From the NCBI GenBank assembly GCA_026015185.1, contig JAOZGX010000047.1:3475-67474 (forward strand): a stretch of DNA of 64,000 nt, given 5' to 3'. The DNA comes from Candidatus Bathyarchaeota archaeon (GTDB taxonomy: Archaea > Thermoproteota > Bathyarchaeia > 40CM-2-53-6 > RBG-13-38-9). Below the pieces are notes generated by a model that saw only the letters and a program-made list of their open reading frames with translations, was not told the DNA's origin and made no database searches. Below, in pieces: positions 1 to 10,373 of this stretch (its first letter is position 1; the number at the start of each line of letters is the position of its first letter). A program made the position numbers and the translations under genes.

Positions 1-362
1 TCTGTTTGACACCGATGATACCTTTGCAAAGATCAATTGGAAGAAAAAAGGCACTAGAGATGCTTATAACAGGAGAGCCGATAAGCGCAGTTGAGGCGGA
101 GAAATTAGGATTAATAAATAAATTAGTACCGAATGGAAAACATGTTGAAGCTGCTATTGACCTTGCACAGAAAATATCCGATAAAAGCAGGATTGCATAT
201 ACAATAGGTAAGCCTGCCTTTTACATGATGGGAGATATGGAGTATATTAAAGCACTGCATTATGCAAAAGATTTAATCTCACTGGCAATAACTGCTGAGG
301 ACGCGAAAGAGGGAATGAATGCTATCTTGGAAAAAAGACCTCCGGTATGGAAAAATCGATAA
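1..362 (+). CDS. Enoyl-CoA hydratase/crotonase family protein, C-terminal part (5' end outside window)
   Basis: The frame is open from the window edge. C-terminal crotonase-fold motifs are present (ALEMLITGEPISAVEAEKLGLINKLVP; EDAKEGMNAILEKRPPVW). Confidence 0.7.
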   Translation, partial: CLTPMIPLQRSIGRKKALEMLITGEPISAVEAEKLGLINKLVPNGKHVEAAIDLAQKISDKSRIAYTIGKPAFYMMGDMEYIKALHYAKDLISLAITAEDAKEGMNAILEKRPPVWKNR

Positions 363-371
363 AATTACTAA

Positions 372-1451
372 TTATATTTTATTTTTAATATACTCAGCTA
401 TATGTTCTCCAACTTGAGTGCAATTCAATTTCCCACTAAGCTCCATAGGCAATTGTGTACTCGATAGCATCTTCTCTATAGCCTTCTCTATTGCGATCGA
501 TGCCTTTAAGCAACTATTATCGCGGTAAGCCTCTGCCAAAAATTCAAACATGAGAGAGATGCTTCTAATCATCCCTATTGGATTGGCTTTCCCAGTTCCC
601 GCTATATCTGGAGCAGAACCATGAGTGGGTTCAAATAAACCTATTTTTTTCTCAGGATTCATATTTGTTCCAGCGGTCATACCTAGTCCCCCAGCTATTT
701 GTCCTGCTAAATCGCTAAGAAGATCGGCCAAAAGATTTGTTGAAACAATAGTATCGAATTCATGGGGCCTTCTTACGAGATGGGCAGTAAGAGCGTCCGC
801 ATAATAATTCTCAAATCTAATTTCAGGATATTCAGATGAAATGTCTTCAAAAGCTTTGGAGAACATTCCGTGACTTTTTCGAATAATATTTGCTTTATGT
901 GCACAAGCAACTATGCCTTTTCCGATCCCATTTTTCAATCTCCTCATTGCATAATTAAATGAGAAACGGGCTATGCGTTCACAGGTTTCTTGTGTGTATA
1001 CTCCGGTTACTGTCCATACCCCAGGAATGACCTCGTTCTCCATAGCCCTATATATTCCCTCTGAATTCTCCCTTATCACAACTAGGTTTATATCTGGTCT
1101 CAGAGCTGGTGGGCAAATGTTAGGATAGGATATCGCCGGTCTAATATTTACATAAAGTCCGAATCTTTTTCTGAAAGCTAAAAAAAGATCTCTTACACTT
1201 TCACCTACAGGTCCTTTTATACCTGCATCGCATTCTTGAAAGATCTTAATCGATTCTTCTGGAACTGCCGACCCTGTTTCTTTTTTAACCGCATCACCAG
1301 CGGGTGCAGCTCTATATTTGACATTAATATTATAAGCTTCTCCAATAGCACCAATGACTATTTTTGCAGCATTCATAATTTCTGGGCCGATCCCGTCACC
1401 CTGTATCTCGCAGATCTCATAAGTTTTACTTCCCATCTCTTTTCCTCCCAA
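372..1451 (-). CDS. Isocitrate/3-isopropylmalate dehydrogenase family (beta-decarboxylating dehydrogenase)
   Basis: 359 aa. N-terminal GDGIGPEI motif and the overall length and architecture fit the IDH/IMDH family. The true start may be the internal ATG (MGSKTY) at about 1436. Confidence 0.75.
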   Translation of the reverse strand: MGGKEMGSKTYEICEIQGDGIGPEIMNAAKIVIGAIGEAYNINVKYRAAPAGDAVKKETGSAVPEESIKIFQECDAGIKGPVGESVRDLFLAFRKRFGLYVNIRPAISYPNICPPALRPDINLVVIRENSEGIYRAMENEVIPGVWTVTGVYTQETCERIARFSFNYAMRRLKNGIGKGIVACAHKANIIRKSHGMFSKAFEDISSEYPEIRFENYYADALTAHLVRRPHEFDTIVSTNLLADLLSDLAGQIAGGLGMTAGTNMNPEKKIGLFEPTHGSAPDIAGTGKANPIGMIRSISLMFEFLAEAYRDNSCLKASIAIEKAIEKMLSSTQLPMELSGKLNCTQVGEHIAEYIKNKI

Positions 1452-1545
1452 TCTTCATCATGCTATTGATTACATTTTAGAATACCACCGATTTTGGATT
1501 CTTATTAAATTTTGTTGTTCTACAATTTACGCAAAAATATATAGA

Positions 1546-3270
1546 GTGTTAACCTTCTTATCATCTCAAACTGGGGTAGTAGATTTGGCAAGAAACAAGA
1601 TTGTCATAATTGGAGGTGTTGCTACAGGACCGAAAGCTGCAGCTAGAGCTAGAAGGATAGATCCTGATGCGGATATTACAATAATCGATAAGGGAGAGCT
1701 ATTTTCTTATGCAGGTTGTGGAATGCCGTTTTATATCGAGGGACTTATTGAAGATGTAAACGAATTGATGTGTACTCCTCTTGGAGTTGTTAGAGATGAA
1801 TCCTTTTTTAAAAATACTAAGAATGTGAAAGTACTTGGAAAGACAGAAGCTATAAAAATTAATAGAAATGCTAAAAAAATTACTGTTAAAAATTTGAAAA
1901 CAGATGAGATTCAAGATATTGAATATGATAAATTAATATTAGCCACAGGAGCTTATCCAGTAACTCCTCCAATCGAAGGTATAGATCTAGCAAGGGTTTA
2001 TCAACTTAATAATCTAAAAGACGCTCGGGCCATAAGGGAAACTCTTGAAAAAGGAGCAAATGAAATTGTAATAATCGGAGCAGGCTTGATTGGTTTTGAA
2101 ACTTGTGGAGCCTTTGTCTCTAGAGGCTGTAAAGTTACAATAGTAGAGATCTTAGATCAGATCTTGCCTGGTTTGCTGGATTCTACTATGGCTGCGTTAT
2201 TGACAAATTATCTGAAGGATAAGGGAGTAGAGGTATTGGTCTCTGAAAAAGTTACTAAAATTGAAGGTGACGAACAGGGCTATGTTAAGAAGGTCATAAC
2301 TGATAAAAATGAAATCAATGCGGATATGATCATAGTTGCAGTTGGAGTTAGACCAGAAGCCAAATTAGCAAAAGAGGCTGGAGTGAAGCTTGGAGATATG
2401 GGGGGCATATTAGTAAACGAATATCTTCAAACCAACGATCCAAATATCTATGCTGGTGGCGATTGTGTGGAAAATCTGAACCTCATTACAGGTATTAATT
2501 CTTATGTTCCGATGGGTTCTACTGCTAATAAACATGGTAGAGTGATCGGAGACAATATTACGGGTGGCAAAACAACTTTTCCAGGGATAACAGGAACCGT
2601 TGTTTTTAAAATCTTAGATTATAATATCGGCAAGACTGGACTTAATGAGAAACAGGCCATTGACCTTGGATATGAACCGATTACCTGCATAAGACCGTCT
2701 CCAGACTGTGCACATTATCATCCTAGCACTAAACCATTCATAATTAAACTGATAGTTGATCACAAGACTGGAAAAATTCTTGGTGGTCAAGGATTAGGTG
2801 CTGGTGAAGTAGTTAAACGTATAGATACCCTCGCTACAGCGATTAAATTCGGGGCTACGGTAAAAGATCTTGTTGATATAGATCTGGGATATGCTCCTCC
2901 TTATTCAACATCAATTGACGCAATTGCTCATGCAGCTAATATCATAAGAAATAAAATCGAGGGTTTAGCTAAAGGAATTTCACCAATTGAGCTAAAAGAG
3001 AAAATTGAACGAAATGATGATTTCATTTTATTAGATGTAAGAACTAAAAAAGAGATTGAAAAAAGGACATTTAAAGATAAGAGGGTCAATTGGATTCCTT
3101 TGGGATCGCTTCAAGATAAATTAAACCAACTGCCAAAAGGAAAGGAGATAATTATTTACTGCCAATCTAGTCTACGGGCATATGAAGCGCAACGGATCAT
3201 TGAAGGTAAAGGTTTTAAGGATGTCAAATTCTTAGATGGCGGACTTCTGGCATGGCCATATGATCTGTGA
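1546..3270 (+). CDS. CoA-disulfide reductase / NADH oxidase-type pyridine nucleotide-disulfide oxidoreductase with C-terminal rhodanese domain
   Basis: N-terminal FAD Rossmann fold (KIVIIGGVATGP), a second NAD fold (IVIIGAGLIGFE), and a C-terminal rhodanese with active-site Cys (IIIYCQSSLRA). GTG start. Confidence 0.75.
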   Translation: MLTFLSSQTGVVDLARNKIVIIGGVATGPKAAARARRIDPDADITIIDKGELFSYAGCGMPFYIEGLIEDVNELMCTPLGVVRDESFFKNTKNVKVLGKTEAIKINRNAKKITVKNLKTDEIQDIEYDKLILATGAYPVTPPIEGIDLARVYQLNNLKDARAIRETLEKGANEIVIIGAGLIGFETCGAFVSRGCKVTIVEILDQILPGLLDSTMAALLTNYLKDKGVEVLVSEKVTKIEGDEQGYVKKVITDKNEINADMIIVAVGVRPEAKLAKEAGVKLGDMGGILVNEYLQTNDPNIYAGGDCVENLNLITGINSYVPMGSTANKHGRVIGDNITGGKTTFPGITGTVVFKILDYNIGKTGLNEKQAIDLGYEPITCIRPSPDCAHYHPSTKPFIIKLIVDHKTGKILGGQGLGAGEVVKRIDTLATAIKFGATVKDLVDIDLGYAPPYSTSIDAIAHAANIIRNKIEGLAKGISPIELKEKIERNDDFILLDVRTKKEIEKRTFKDKRVNWIPLGSLQDKLNQLPKGKEIIIYCQSSLRAYEAQRIIEGKGFKDVKFLDGGLLAWPYDL

Positions 3271-3598
3271 TTATTATTTATTTTAAAATAATTTACTATC
3301 ACTAATTTGAGGCGGATATTTTAATGAAAAAAAATGAAGCGCAGTACATTGAAATCATTATTGGTTTATAGCGCGCGCATTAATTCATTGGCGGAGTAAA
3401 AAACTAGTATGGATTATGATATATCCGCCACCTATTCAAAAGCAAATACTTAACATTCTACCGTACTTACCATGGGTAATAAGCATAGTATTAATCTTAG
3501 ACTATATTCGTAAGATTATCAACAATAGGGGCAAGAAATAATTTAATAATAAAGACAAACACATCCCAATTTGATCGATCACTCTAGTAGTTGACTTT

Positions 3599-4633
3599 TT
3601 GTTGTCCTCAGATAGATTTTTTTTAGGTGGAAAAATAAGAGCAAAACCAACTGACTTCATTGTTGAAGAAGTATGGGAGAATCGTATATGCGACATAAAT
3701 TATCCATTTTTGAATAATTTTAGAACTTCATTAAATGCCAGAATTCATAAGAATCGTACATATCTGCATTTTACACTAGTAAAAAGCAATTGGGATACAA
3801 TTCGAGCTTTGAATTATATTGGAAGAAGAATTTTCTGTTCACTGAAACGTTTTGGAATTTCAGGTATGAAAGACAAGTGGGCACTTACTTCTCAAAGAGT
3901 CTCTCTATGGAAGGAAAAAATGGATACATTAGCGCATCTTAAGCTTCCAGATATGTTTCTCAAAGATTTTGAGTATAGAGATGATAGAATAACGTTGGGC
4001 AACTCTTCTGGAAATCAATTTACAATAACTATTCGAAATATTCCTAAAGATGATGAAGTGATCCTTCGAACATTAGGAAGTTTTGAAAAAGAAGTAAAAA
4101 CAAAAGGATTGCCAAACTTTTTTGGCCCTCAAAGATTGGGAGGGGATAATGCAGAAGTTGGAAGGGCAATTAAGAATGATGACCTTAAAGGTGCTGTTGA
4201 AATAATACTAAGAAAAATTCAACCCTTTATTAAAGATGGTCAATTTCAAAATATACCGAAAACATTCTGGTATGAGAAACGAGTGTTACAACACTTAACC
4301 GCATATCCTAATGATTTTGCTGGAGCTTTAAGGAAAATACCGAAGCGAATCTTAAGGCTTTATACACATGCGTATCAATCGAAAAATTTCAATGATATGC
4401 TTGCTACAGCTATTAAGAATAACAAAGTTCCGAAAAGCATAATCATTCCTGGATTTAATGTCTCAAAGATGCCAAATTTAAGTACTTTACACATTGAGCG
4501 AAAAAGCCATCTCTTAACTAAAGATTTCAAAGTATTAAGAATTGAAAATGGTATCGTAAAATTGAAATTCACATTGGGAAGTGGAGAATACGCTTCAACT
4601 CTGCTTTCTCATCTAGTAGTAAGTGATCGATAA
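3599..4633 (+). CDS. truD: tRNA pseudouridine(13) synthase TruD-like
   Basis: 344 aa. Contains a TruD-type catalytic motif GMKDKWA (GxKDxxA) and an FFGPQRLG motif. TTG start. Confidence 0.6.
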   Translation: MLSSDRFFLGGKIRAKPTDFIVEEVWENRICDINYPFLNNFRTSLNARIHKNRTYLHFTLVKSNWDTIRALNYIGRRIFCSLKRFGISGMKDKWALTSQRVSLWKEKMDTLAHLKLPDMFLKDFEYRDDRITLGNSSGNQFTITIRNIPKDDEVILRTLGSFEKEVKTKGLPNFFGPQRLGGDNAEVGRAIKNDDLKGAVEIILRKIQPFIKDGQFQNIPKTFWYEKRVLQHLTAYPNDFAGALRKIPKRILRLYTHAYQSKNFNDMLATAIKNNKVPKSIIIPGFNVSKMPNLSTLHIERKSHLLTKDFKVLRIENGIVKLKFTLGSGEYASTLLSHLVVSDR

Positions 4634-4650
4634 GCAAGAAAATTGCATAA

Positions 4651-5505
4651 CTAAGTTAGAGATTCTGTTCTTTTACCAAAATAAGGTAACTTGTCTGTAA
4701 GACCTGATCCTCTCGAAGTATAATGGTCTAATGTCTTTCTTCTATAGTCTCCAACTAAAACATCTAACCTTCCAATATCTATTTCTTTCATTTTATTTTT
4801 CCCTTTTGAAAGATACTCTATAGCTAATTCGAGCATCTCGTATCTTTCGATCCTCAATACGTTTATCAGATCGTTTTTATTTTCCTTTAGAAAATTTGAT
4901 AATTTTTCGTAATCCATAGGAACGCTTCTGTAACCAAAATCAATCCTCTTCCAAAGAGAATTCATCTCAAAAGTATCGATATCGATTCCAGTAGATAATT
5001 GATGGATGATATTTTTTGAAATTCTTCCATCATCAGGATCTGTAATATCCATCCCCATATCTACACCAATTTTATAGAAATGATCTGCAAATTTGTTCCA
5101 GTCGCGTAGTTTAACAGATTTTAGATTTCCTTCTCGATCAGTCTCCCTCCAGGAAAAGCTTTCATTACCAAAAGCCCATTCATATAAATATGCCTCATAC
5201 GAGTCATCTCCGACTCTACTGATCGAGCCTAAGGGCCTAGGGATGTGGGCCAGATTATAAACATGTTTTCTGTAAAAATAATCTTCTAATTTTTTAATAA
5301 TCATATGCCTAAGAAACATTTTATGACCGCTTTTTGGAGAGAGGTTATATTCTTCACGTAATGCAGTAACTGCTCCTTCTTGAGTGATAATTGTTCCACC
5401 TATGCCAGGAAATTTAGTTCTTAACTCAACTAGAACTCTAGCTTCACTACCAATACCACCTTCACATATGAATTCAATGATGCCTTCTTCGTTCCTTTTT
5501 ACCAT
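4651..5505 (-). CDS. Hypothetical protein
   Basis: 284-aa ORF in a dense coding context. No motif recognised by eye. Confidence 0.4.
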   Translation of the reverse strand: MVKRNEEGIIEFICEGGIGSEARVLVELRTKFPGIGGTIITQEGAVTALREEYNLSPKSGHKMFLRHMIIKKLEDYFYRKHVYNLAHIPRPLGSISRVGDDSYEAYLYEWAFGNESFSWRETDREGNLKSVKLRDWNKFADHFYKIGVDMGMDITDPDDGRISKNIIHQLSTGIDIDTFEMNSLWKRIDFGYRSVPMDYEKLSNFLKENKNDLINVLRIERYEMLELAIEYLSKGKNKMKEIDIGRLDVLVGDYRRKTLDHYTSRGSGLTDKLPYFGKRTESLT

Positions 5506-5588
5506 TAGTATCAGATTTTACTTAACTAAATCCCCAGCTATAAAATATTTGGCACGTTTTTCCTAGAAATATCAAGGCATAGAGAGTT

Positions 5589-5912
5589 TTATTCTGATCC
5601 AAATTCACGAATTATCTCTAATCTCATTGAAATAACTTCTAAAGTTAATTGACTTTTAAGTACTAAAGCAACTATCTTTCTTACTTTCGCACATTCATTT
5701 GCATACATTTTGGCTCTAGTGAAATCTTTGGTCATCTGAGAAGATACACATCGATCAAAGAGTTTTTCGTTATACTTTTGCATCTTCTTAAAAATGTTCT
5801 CTAATCTATTTTGTTGAATTTTCAAATCTTCTATGGAATCTAAGATCTTTTCTTTTGCGTGTTGAGAATCCCAATCATTCGATAACGAGTTCTTGATATT
5901 ATTAGATAGCAA
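5589..5912 (-). CDS. Truncated ESCRT-III/CdvB-like paralog (N-terminal half only)
   Basis: 107 aa. Aligns to the N-terminal helices of the CdvB gene at 25475-26143 (MLSNNIKN.. vs MPSNRIKN..; FDRCVSSQMTKDFTRAKMYANECAKVRK vs FDKCVSSQMTKDSARAAMYANECAEVRK). It stops right after REFG. Confidence 0.55.
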   Translation of the reverse strand: MLSNNIKNSLSNDWDSQHAKEKILDSIEDLKIQQNRLENIFKKMQKYNEKLFDRCVSSQMTKDFTRAKMYANECAKVRKIVALVLKSQLTLEVISMRLEIIREFGSE

Positions 5913-6087
5913 TTATTCCACAATTTTGTTTGTGCCCTAAATTGAAATATAAATAATAGAGTGATTTTGAATTATACGGAGAGTTAACTGAAAATATTAT
6001 TGAGTATAGTTTTGCATCAGTATACTTTAATTATCAAGTATAGAAATCATTTATTTAATTCTAGAAATTAGAAGGATCGTTAGAATT

Positions 6088-7098
6088 ATGAAAGCTATTC
6101 TGCTCGATAAACCTAGTAAAATAGAACAAAATCCCCTAAGATACGATAAGTGTGAGGATCCAGTTCCAAACGATGAAGAAGTGTTAATTAAAGTTCAAGC
6201 TTGTGGAGTTTGTAGATCGAATCTGAATGTTATTGAGGGTGTTTATAGCAAACTTGGGATCCCCTCAAAGTCCCCAATTATTCCAGGCCATGAGGTTGTT
6301 GGAACAATTGAAGAGATCGGATCAAATGTTGCTAACTTGGCTATAGGTGATAAAGTAGGAATGCAACCGCTATATTCTGCATGCGGTACTTGTGAATACT
6401 GTCTAAGCGGTCAAGAAATTCTTTGTCCTTCAAGATTGATTGTTGGAGAGACTGTGGATGGAGGGTATGCTGAATATATAAAGGGTAATGCTAATTTTGT
6501 CTATAAAATACCTGATAATCTTAAAGATCAAGAAGCTGCACCACTATTTTGCCCTGGAATAACTGCGTATAGGGCTGTAAAAAAAGCAGATCTAGCGATG
6601 AGTAAGAAAGTTGTAATATTTGGTATAGGAGGAGTTGGACATGTTGCAGTTCAGTTTGCTAAATTGACTGGTGCAAATGTTATCGCTGTGAGCAGAAATA
6701 AGAAAAATTTAGATCTGGCTTCAAAAGTTGGGGCTGATATTGTTCTTTCTCAAGATGAAAATCTCGTTTCTGAAATGAAGAAACTTGGTTATGCTGATTC
6801 TGCAATAGTTTTTGCTCCATCTCAAGAGGCGATAGATCGAGCGCAAAGAGTTACAAGACCTGGTGGAACTATTGTTCTTGGAGTAACTGGCGATATTAAT
6901 AATCTTGTGTTCTTTTTTGAAAAGACTATAAAAGGTACTGCCATAGGGACTAGACTAGATACCCGAGAAGTCCTAAAGATCGCTTCCGAAGATAAGATCA
7001 AGATTATTACAAAAGCATATCCTTTAGAAGATGCAAGTAATGTCCTCCTTAAACTCAAAAATGGGGAGATCGAGGGGAGAGCTGTATTAGTTCCTTAA
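6088..7098 (+). CDS. Zinc-dependent alcohol dehydrogenase (MDR family)
   Basis: GHEVVG catalytic Zn motif, a structural-Zn Cys cluster (CGTCEYCLSGQEILC) and an NAD fold (GIGGVGH). Confidence 0.8.
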   Translation: MKAILLDKPSKIEQNPLRYDKCEDPVPNDEEVLIKVQACGVCRSNLNVIEGVYSKLGIPSKSPIIPGHEVVGTIEEIGSNVANLAIGDKVGMQPLYSACGTCEYCLSGQEILCPSRLIVGETVDGGYAEYIKGNANFVYKIPDNLKDQEAAPLFCPGITAYRAVKKADLAMSKKVVIFGIGGVGHVAVQFAKLTGANVIAVSRNKKNLDLASKVGADIVLSQDENLVSEMKKLGYADSAIVFAPSQEAIDRAQRVTRPGGTIVLGVTGDINNLVFFFEKTIKGTAIGTRLDTREVLKIASEDKIKIITKAYPLEDASNVLLKLKNGEIEGRAVLVP

Positions 7099-7188
7099 AG
7101 GTTCAGCGAATATCTTGATGAAAGTATATTTATTTTAGCGGAATTACTGGGTCTCATAGATAAAATCAATTTTGATTTTATTTAATAG

Positions 7189-8529
7189 ATGTTGCTGAGA
7201 ATACTTGAAATGAAAAACTTAGATGAAAATCTTATCTCAAGGGCAAAGTCCATTTTAGAAAATAATTGGAGAGGAAGTTTTACAGTCCCTTCGCCAACCC
7301 TATACCCTCACCAATGGAGCTGGGATTCTGCTTTTATAGCTATAGGTTATTCTCACTATGCATTAGATTACGCTAAGAGTGAATTGAATAGCATTTTACA
7401 GGGTCAATGGGATAATGGCTTACTCCCTCATATAATTTTCAATCCCAAAGCCAAAGGATATTTCCCTGATTCTAAATATTGGAGGACAAACGAACACTCT
7501 CCAACCGGAACTCTTACTTCAGGAATAACGCAACCCCCTGTTCATGCAATAGCCGCTTTGAAATACTTCGATCATAGCCATGATAAAAAGACCATACAAA
7601 ATTGGTTCCCAAAATTGAAAAAATTCCATCAATATCTCTTAGAAAACCGCGATCCTGAGCATTCTGGATTTGTATCGATTTACCATCCATGGGAATCAGG
7701 GTTTGATAACTCGCCAAGATGGGATGAAGCTCTTGGTCGTATCAAACCGAAAGACCTTCCTGAATATAAGCGAAGCGATTTAAGTCACGTGGGAAGTGCA
7801 GAGGAGAGGCCAACAAAGAAAGATTATGATAGATATATTTACTTAACTGAAATTCTGAAAAAATTCAATTATGATGATAAGGAAATTTATAAAGAAATTC
7901 CTTTTAAGATAAAAGATGTTGTCTTCAACACGATCCTCTATGTTGCAAACAAAGCGTTATTTGAAATTTCAAAAATTTTAGGGAAAAACAGTAATGAAAT
8001 CTTAGAATGGATAGGACTCCAAGAGGATAATTTTCTTAATCAGTTTTGCCCTGATCCAAAAGATGGCCTTTTCTATGATTATGATGTGATAGCAAATCAA
8101 TTCGTTTTAAAAAGAACAGTTGCTGCTTTAATTCCAATTTATTCAGGTTTATTTGAAGATGCTATCATTGAAAATACAGTTGAGTGGCTAGAGCACTCCC
8201 ATTTCTGTGGTAATATTTCTGGAGAGAGATTTTGCAAGTATCCAGTTATCCCAAGTACAAGTCTTGATTCTCCACATTTTGCTCATATAACTTATTGGCG
8301 AGGACCAATATGGATAAATGCTAATTGGATGCTCTATCAAGGATTACGTAAATACAACTACAAGGAAAAAGCTGATCGTTTAAGGGAAGCCATATTAAAG
8401 CTGGTCATGGAGAATGGTTTCTATGAATATTTTGATCCACATGATGGGTCAGGTCATGGATCTAAAAATTTCTCATGGACCGCATCCTTGATTATTGATC
8501 TGCTCCATAAATGTGATTACACTAACTAG
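7189..8529 (+). CDS. Glycoside hydrolase, (alpha/alpha)6-barrel, GH63-like (possible alpha-glucosidase/trehalase-like)
   Basis: 446 aa. Motifs WSWDSAFIAIGY and YHPWESGFDNSPRWD resemble the GH63 / amylo-alpha-1,6-glucosidase catalytic region. Confidence 0.5.
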   Translation: MLLRILEMKNLDENLISRAKSILENNWRGSFTVPSPTLYPHQWSWDSAFIAIGYSHYALDYAKSELNSILQGQWDNGLLPHIIFNPKAKGYFPDSKYWRTNEHSPTGTLTSGITQPPVHAIAALKYFDHSHDKKTIQNWFPKLKKFHQYLLENRDPEHSGFVSIYHPWESGFDNSPRWDEALGRIKPKDLPEYKRSDLSHVGSAEERPTKKDYDRYIYLTEILKKFNYDDKEIYKEIPFKIKDVVFNTILYVANKALFEISKILGKNSNEILEWIGLQEDNFLNQFCPDPKDGLFYDYDVIANQFVLKRTVAALIPIYSGLFEDAIIENTVEWLEHSHFCGNISGERFCKYPVIPSTSLDSPHFAHITYWRGPIWINANWMLYQGLRKYNYKEKADRLREAILKLVMENGFYEYFDPHDGSGHGSKNFSWTASLIIDLLHKCDYTN

Positions 8530-8691
8530 TACGCTTAATAATTGCTTTTCAATCATCCCCCACATATTTTGACCCTTAATAATCACAATAGCAAAAGGTT
8601 TTTATCTTAATTTTCTTTGCTTACTCATAATTCATTCAAAATTGCAAATTTAAGAATAGAAATTGAAAAAAACGGAGGTAGTTTGAAAAAT

Positions 8692-10344
8692 ATGGCTTAT
8701 CTTGCAGGTCAACCTATAATAGTATTAAAGGAAGGGACCTCTAGAAGTAGTGGAAAAGACGCTAAGAGATCCAATATCATGGCAGCGAAAGTTATTGGTG
8801 AAGTCGTTAAAAGTACACTTGGCCCACGTGGCATGGATAAAATGCTTGTGGACAGTCTTGGAGATGTTACCGTTACCAATGACGGAGCTACAATATTAGA
8901 TGATATAGATGTACAGCATCCTGCTGCAAAGATGATGGTGGAAGTTGCCAAAACACAAGATGATGAGGTTGGTGATGGAACAACAACAGCTGTTGTAATA
9001 GCATCTGAATTATTGAAAAGAGCAGAAGAACTCCTGGACGATAAAATTCACCCGACAATCATTGTAAGTGGTTATAAGAAAGCTGGGGAAAAGGCGATGG
9101 AGGTATTGAATTCGATCGCTGTTCCAGTTGATTTAAAAGATAGAAATATTCTCAAAAAGGTAGCTATAACTTCTATGCATAGCAAGGGTGTTGGAGCAGC
9201 TCGAGAACATTTTGCAGAAATATCAATAGATGCTGTAAATCAAATAGTAGAAAAAGTTGGAGAAATTAACTCTGCTGATCTGGATAATATTCAGATCATA
9301 AAGAAAGAAGGTAAAAGCCTTCTCGATACAGAATTAGTAAAAGGCATGATAATCGACAAAGAAGTAGTTCATACAGGCATGCCAAAGAGTCTTGAGAATC
9401 CAAAGATAACCCTATTAGACTGTGCACTGGAGATTGAAAAAACAGAATTCAGTGCAGAGATAAGAATTAACGATCCAAATCAGATGAAGGCATTTCTCGA
9501 TGAAGAGACACAAATGATGAAGAGCATGGTTGATAAGATAAAAGCCTCTGGAGCAAATGTAGTTTTATGCCAAAAAGGTATAGATGACACAGTCCAACAC
9601 TTCTTAGCTAAAGAGGGCATAATGGCTATAAGAAGAATAAAGAAATCGGATATGGAGAAGCTCGCTAGAGCTACTGGTGCAAAAATTATAACTAATGTAG
9701 ATGATTTGACATCAAAGGATCTTGGAACTTCAGGTACCATAGAAGAGAAAAGGCTTGGAGACGATAAGATGGTATTCATAGAAGGGTGCAAAGATCCGAA
9801 ATCAGTCGCGATACTGATCAGAGCGGGATTGGAAAGGTTAGTAGATGAGGCTGAAAGAGCTTTGAATGATTCGCTATCAGTGCTTGCTGCTGTAGCAAGA
9901 GATCCAAGAATTGTGGCTGGCGGAGGAGCCGTTGAGATCGAAGTTTCGAAGAAGATAAAAGACTATGCTTCTAAAGTGGGCGGTAGAGAGCAAATGGCGA
10001 TTGAATCATTTGCTGGTGCTTTAGAAACTATACCTAGAACTCTTGCAGAGAACGCAGGTTTGGATCCAATAGACATAATGGTCAACCTAAAAGCAGCTCA
10101 TGAAAAGAAAGATGGCCTGTGGTTTGGCGTAGATGTTTTCAGTGGAAACAACAAAGATATGATGAAGAAGGGAGTTATTGAACCATTAAGAGTAAAGACA
10201 CAAGCTATAAAGTCAGCTGTCGAATCATGTTCTATGATCTTAAGAATAGATGATGTAATAGCTGCTGCAAGAGCGCCTCCAGGTCCGCCTGGTGGAATGC
10301 CTGGTGGAATGCCTGGTGGAATGCCCGGTATGCCCGAATATTAG
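8692..10344 (+). CDS. ths: Thermosome (group II chaperonin) subunit, paralog 1
   Basis: Group II chaperonin motifs ([23 protein letters not shown]-binding GDGTTT) and a C-terminal [12 protein letters not shown] tail. GGAGGT sits 12 nt upstream of the ATG at 8692. Confidence 0.9.
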   Translation: MAYLAGQPIIVLKEGTSRSSGKDAKRSNIMAAKVIGEVVKSTLGPRGMDKMLVDSLGDVTVTNDGATILDDIDVQHPAAKMMVEVAKTQDDEVGDGTTTAVVIASELLKRAEELLDDKIHPTIIVSGYKKAGEKAMEVLNSIAVPVDLKDRNILKKVAITSMHSKGVGAAREHFAEISIDAVNQIVEKVGEINSADLDNIQIIKKEGKSLLDTELVKGMIIDKEVVHTGMPKSLENPKITLLDCALEIEKTEFSAEIRINDPNQMKAFLDEETQMMKSMVDKIKASGANVVLCQKGIDDTVQHFLAKEGIMAIRRIKKSDMEKLARATGAKIITNVDDLTSKDLGTSGTIEEKRLGDDKMVFIEGCKDPKSVAILIRAGLERLVDEAERALNDSLSVLAAVARDPRIVAGGGAVEIEVSKKIKDYASKVGGREQMAIESFAGALETIPRTLAENAGLDPIDIMVNLKAAHEKKDGLWFGVDVFSGNNKDMMKKGVIEPLRVKTQAIKSAVESCSMILRIDDVIAAARAPPGPPGGMPGGMPGGMPGMPEY

Positions 10345-10373
10345 ATGAATGCTAAAAAGGAGTGATAAGTTAA

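Noticed and set aside
1236-1469. Numerous 60-180-aa ORFs from the six-frame track lying antisense to or inside larger genes (for example 1236-1469, 1699-1914, 8709-8951, 9480-9791, 11303-11854, 30479-30985, 62510-62914)
   Set aside because: They are fully overlapped by long ORFs with clear family signatures on the other strand or frame. They have biased, low-complexity composition and no ribosome-binding sites.
8617-8691. 25-codon N-terminal extension of thermosome paralog 1 in the ORF track ([25 protein letters not shown])
   Set aside because: The extension includes the GGAGGT ribosome-binding site itself. The ATG at 8692 gives the conserved chaperonin N-terminus ([15 protein letters not shown]).
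10264-10340. 15-bp tandem repeats (cctggtggaatgcct x3) at the 3' end of thermosome paralog 1
   Set aside because: These encode the normal GGMPGGMP flexible C-terminal tail common to chaperonins. It is not a CRISPR array or minisatellite of independent interest.
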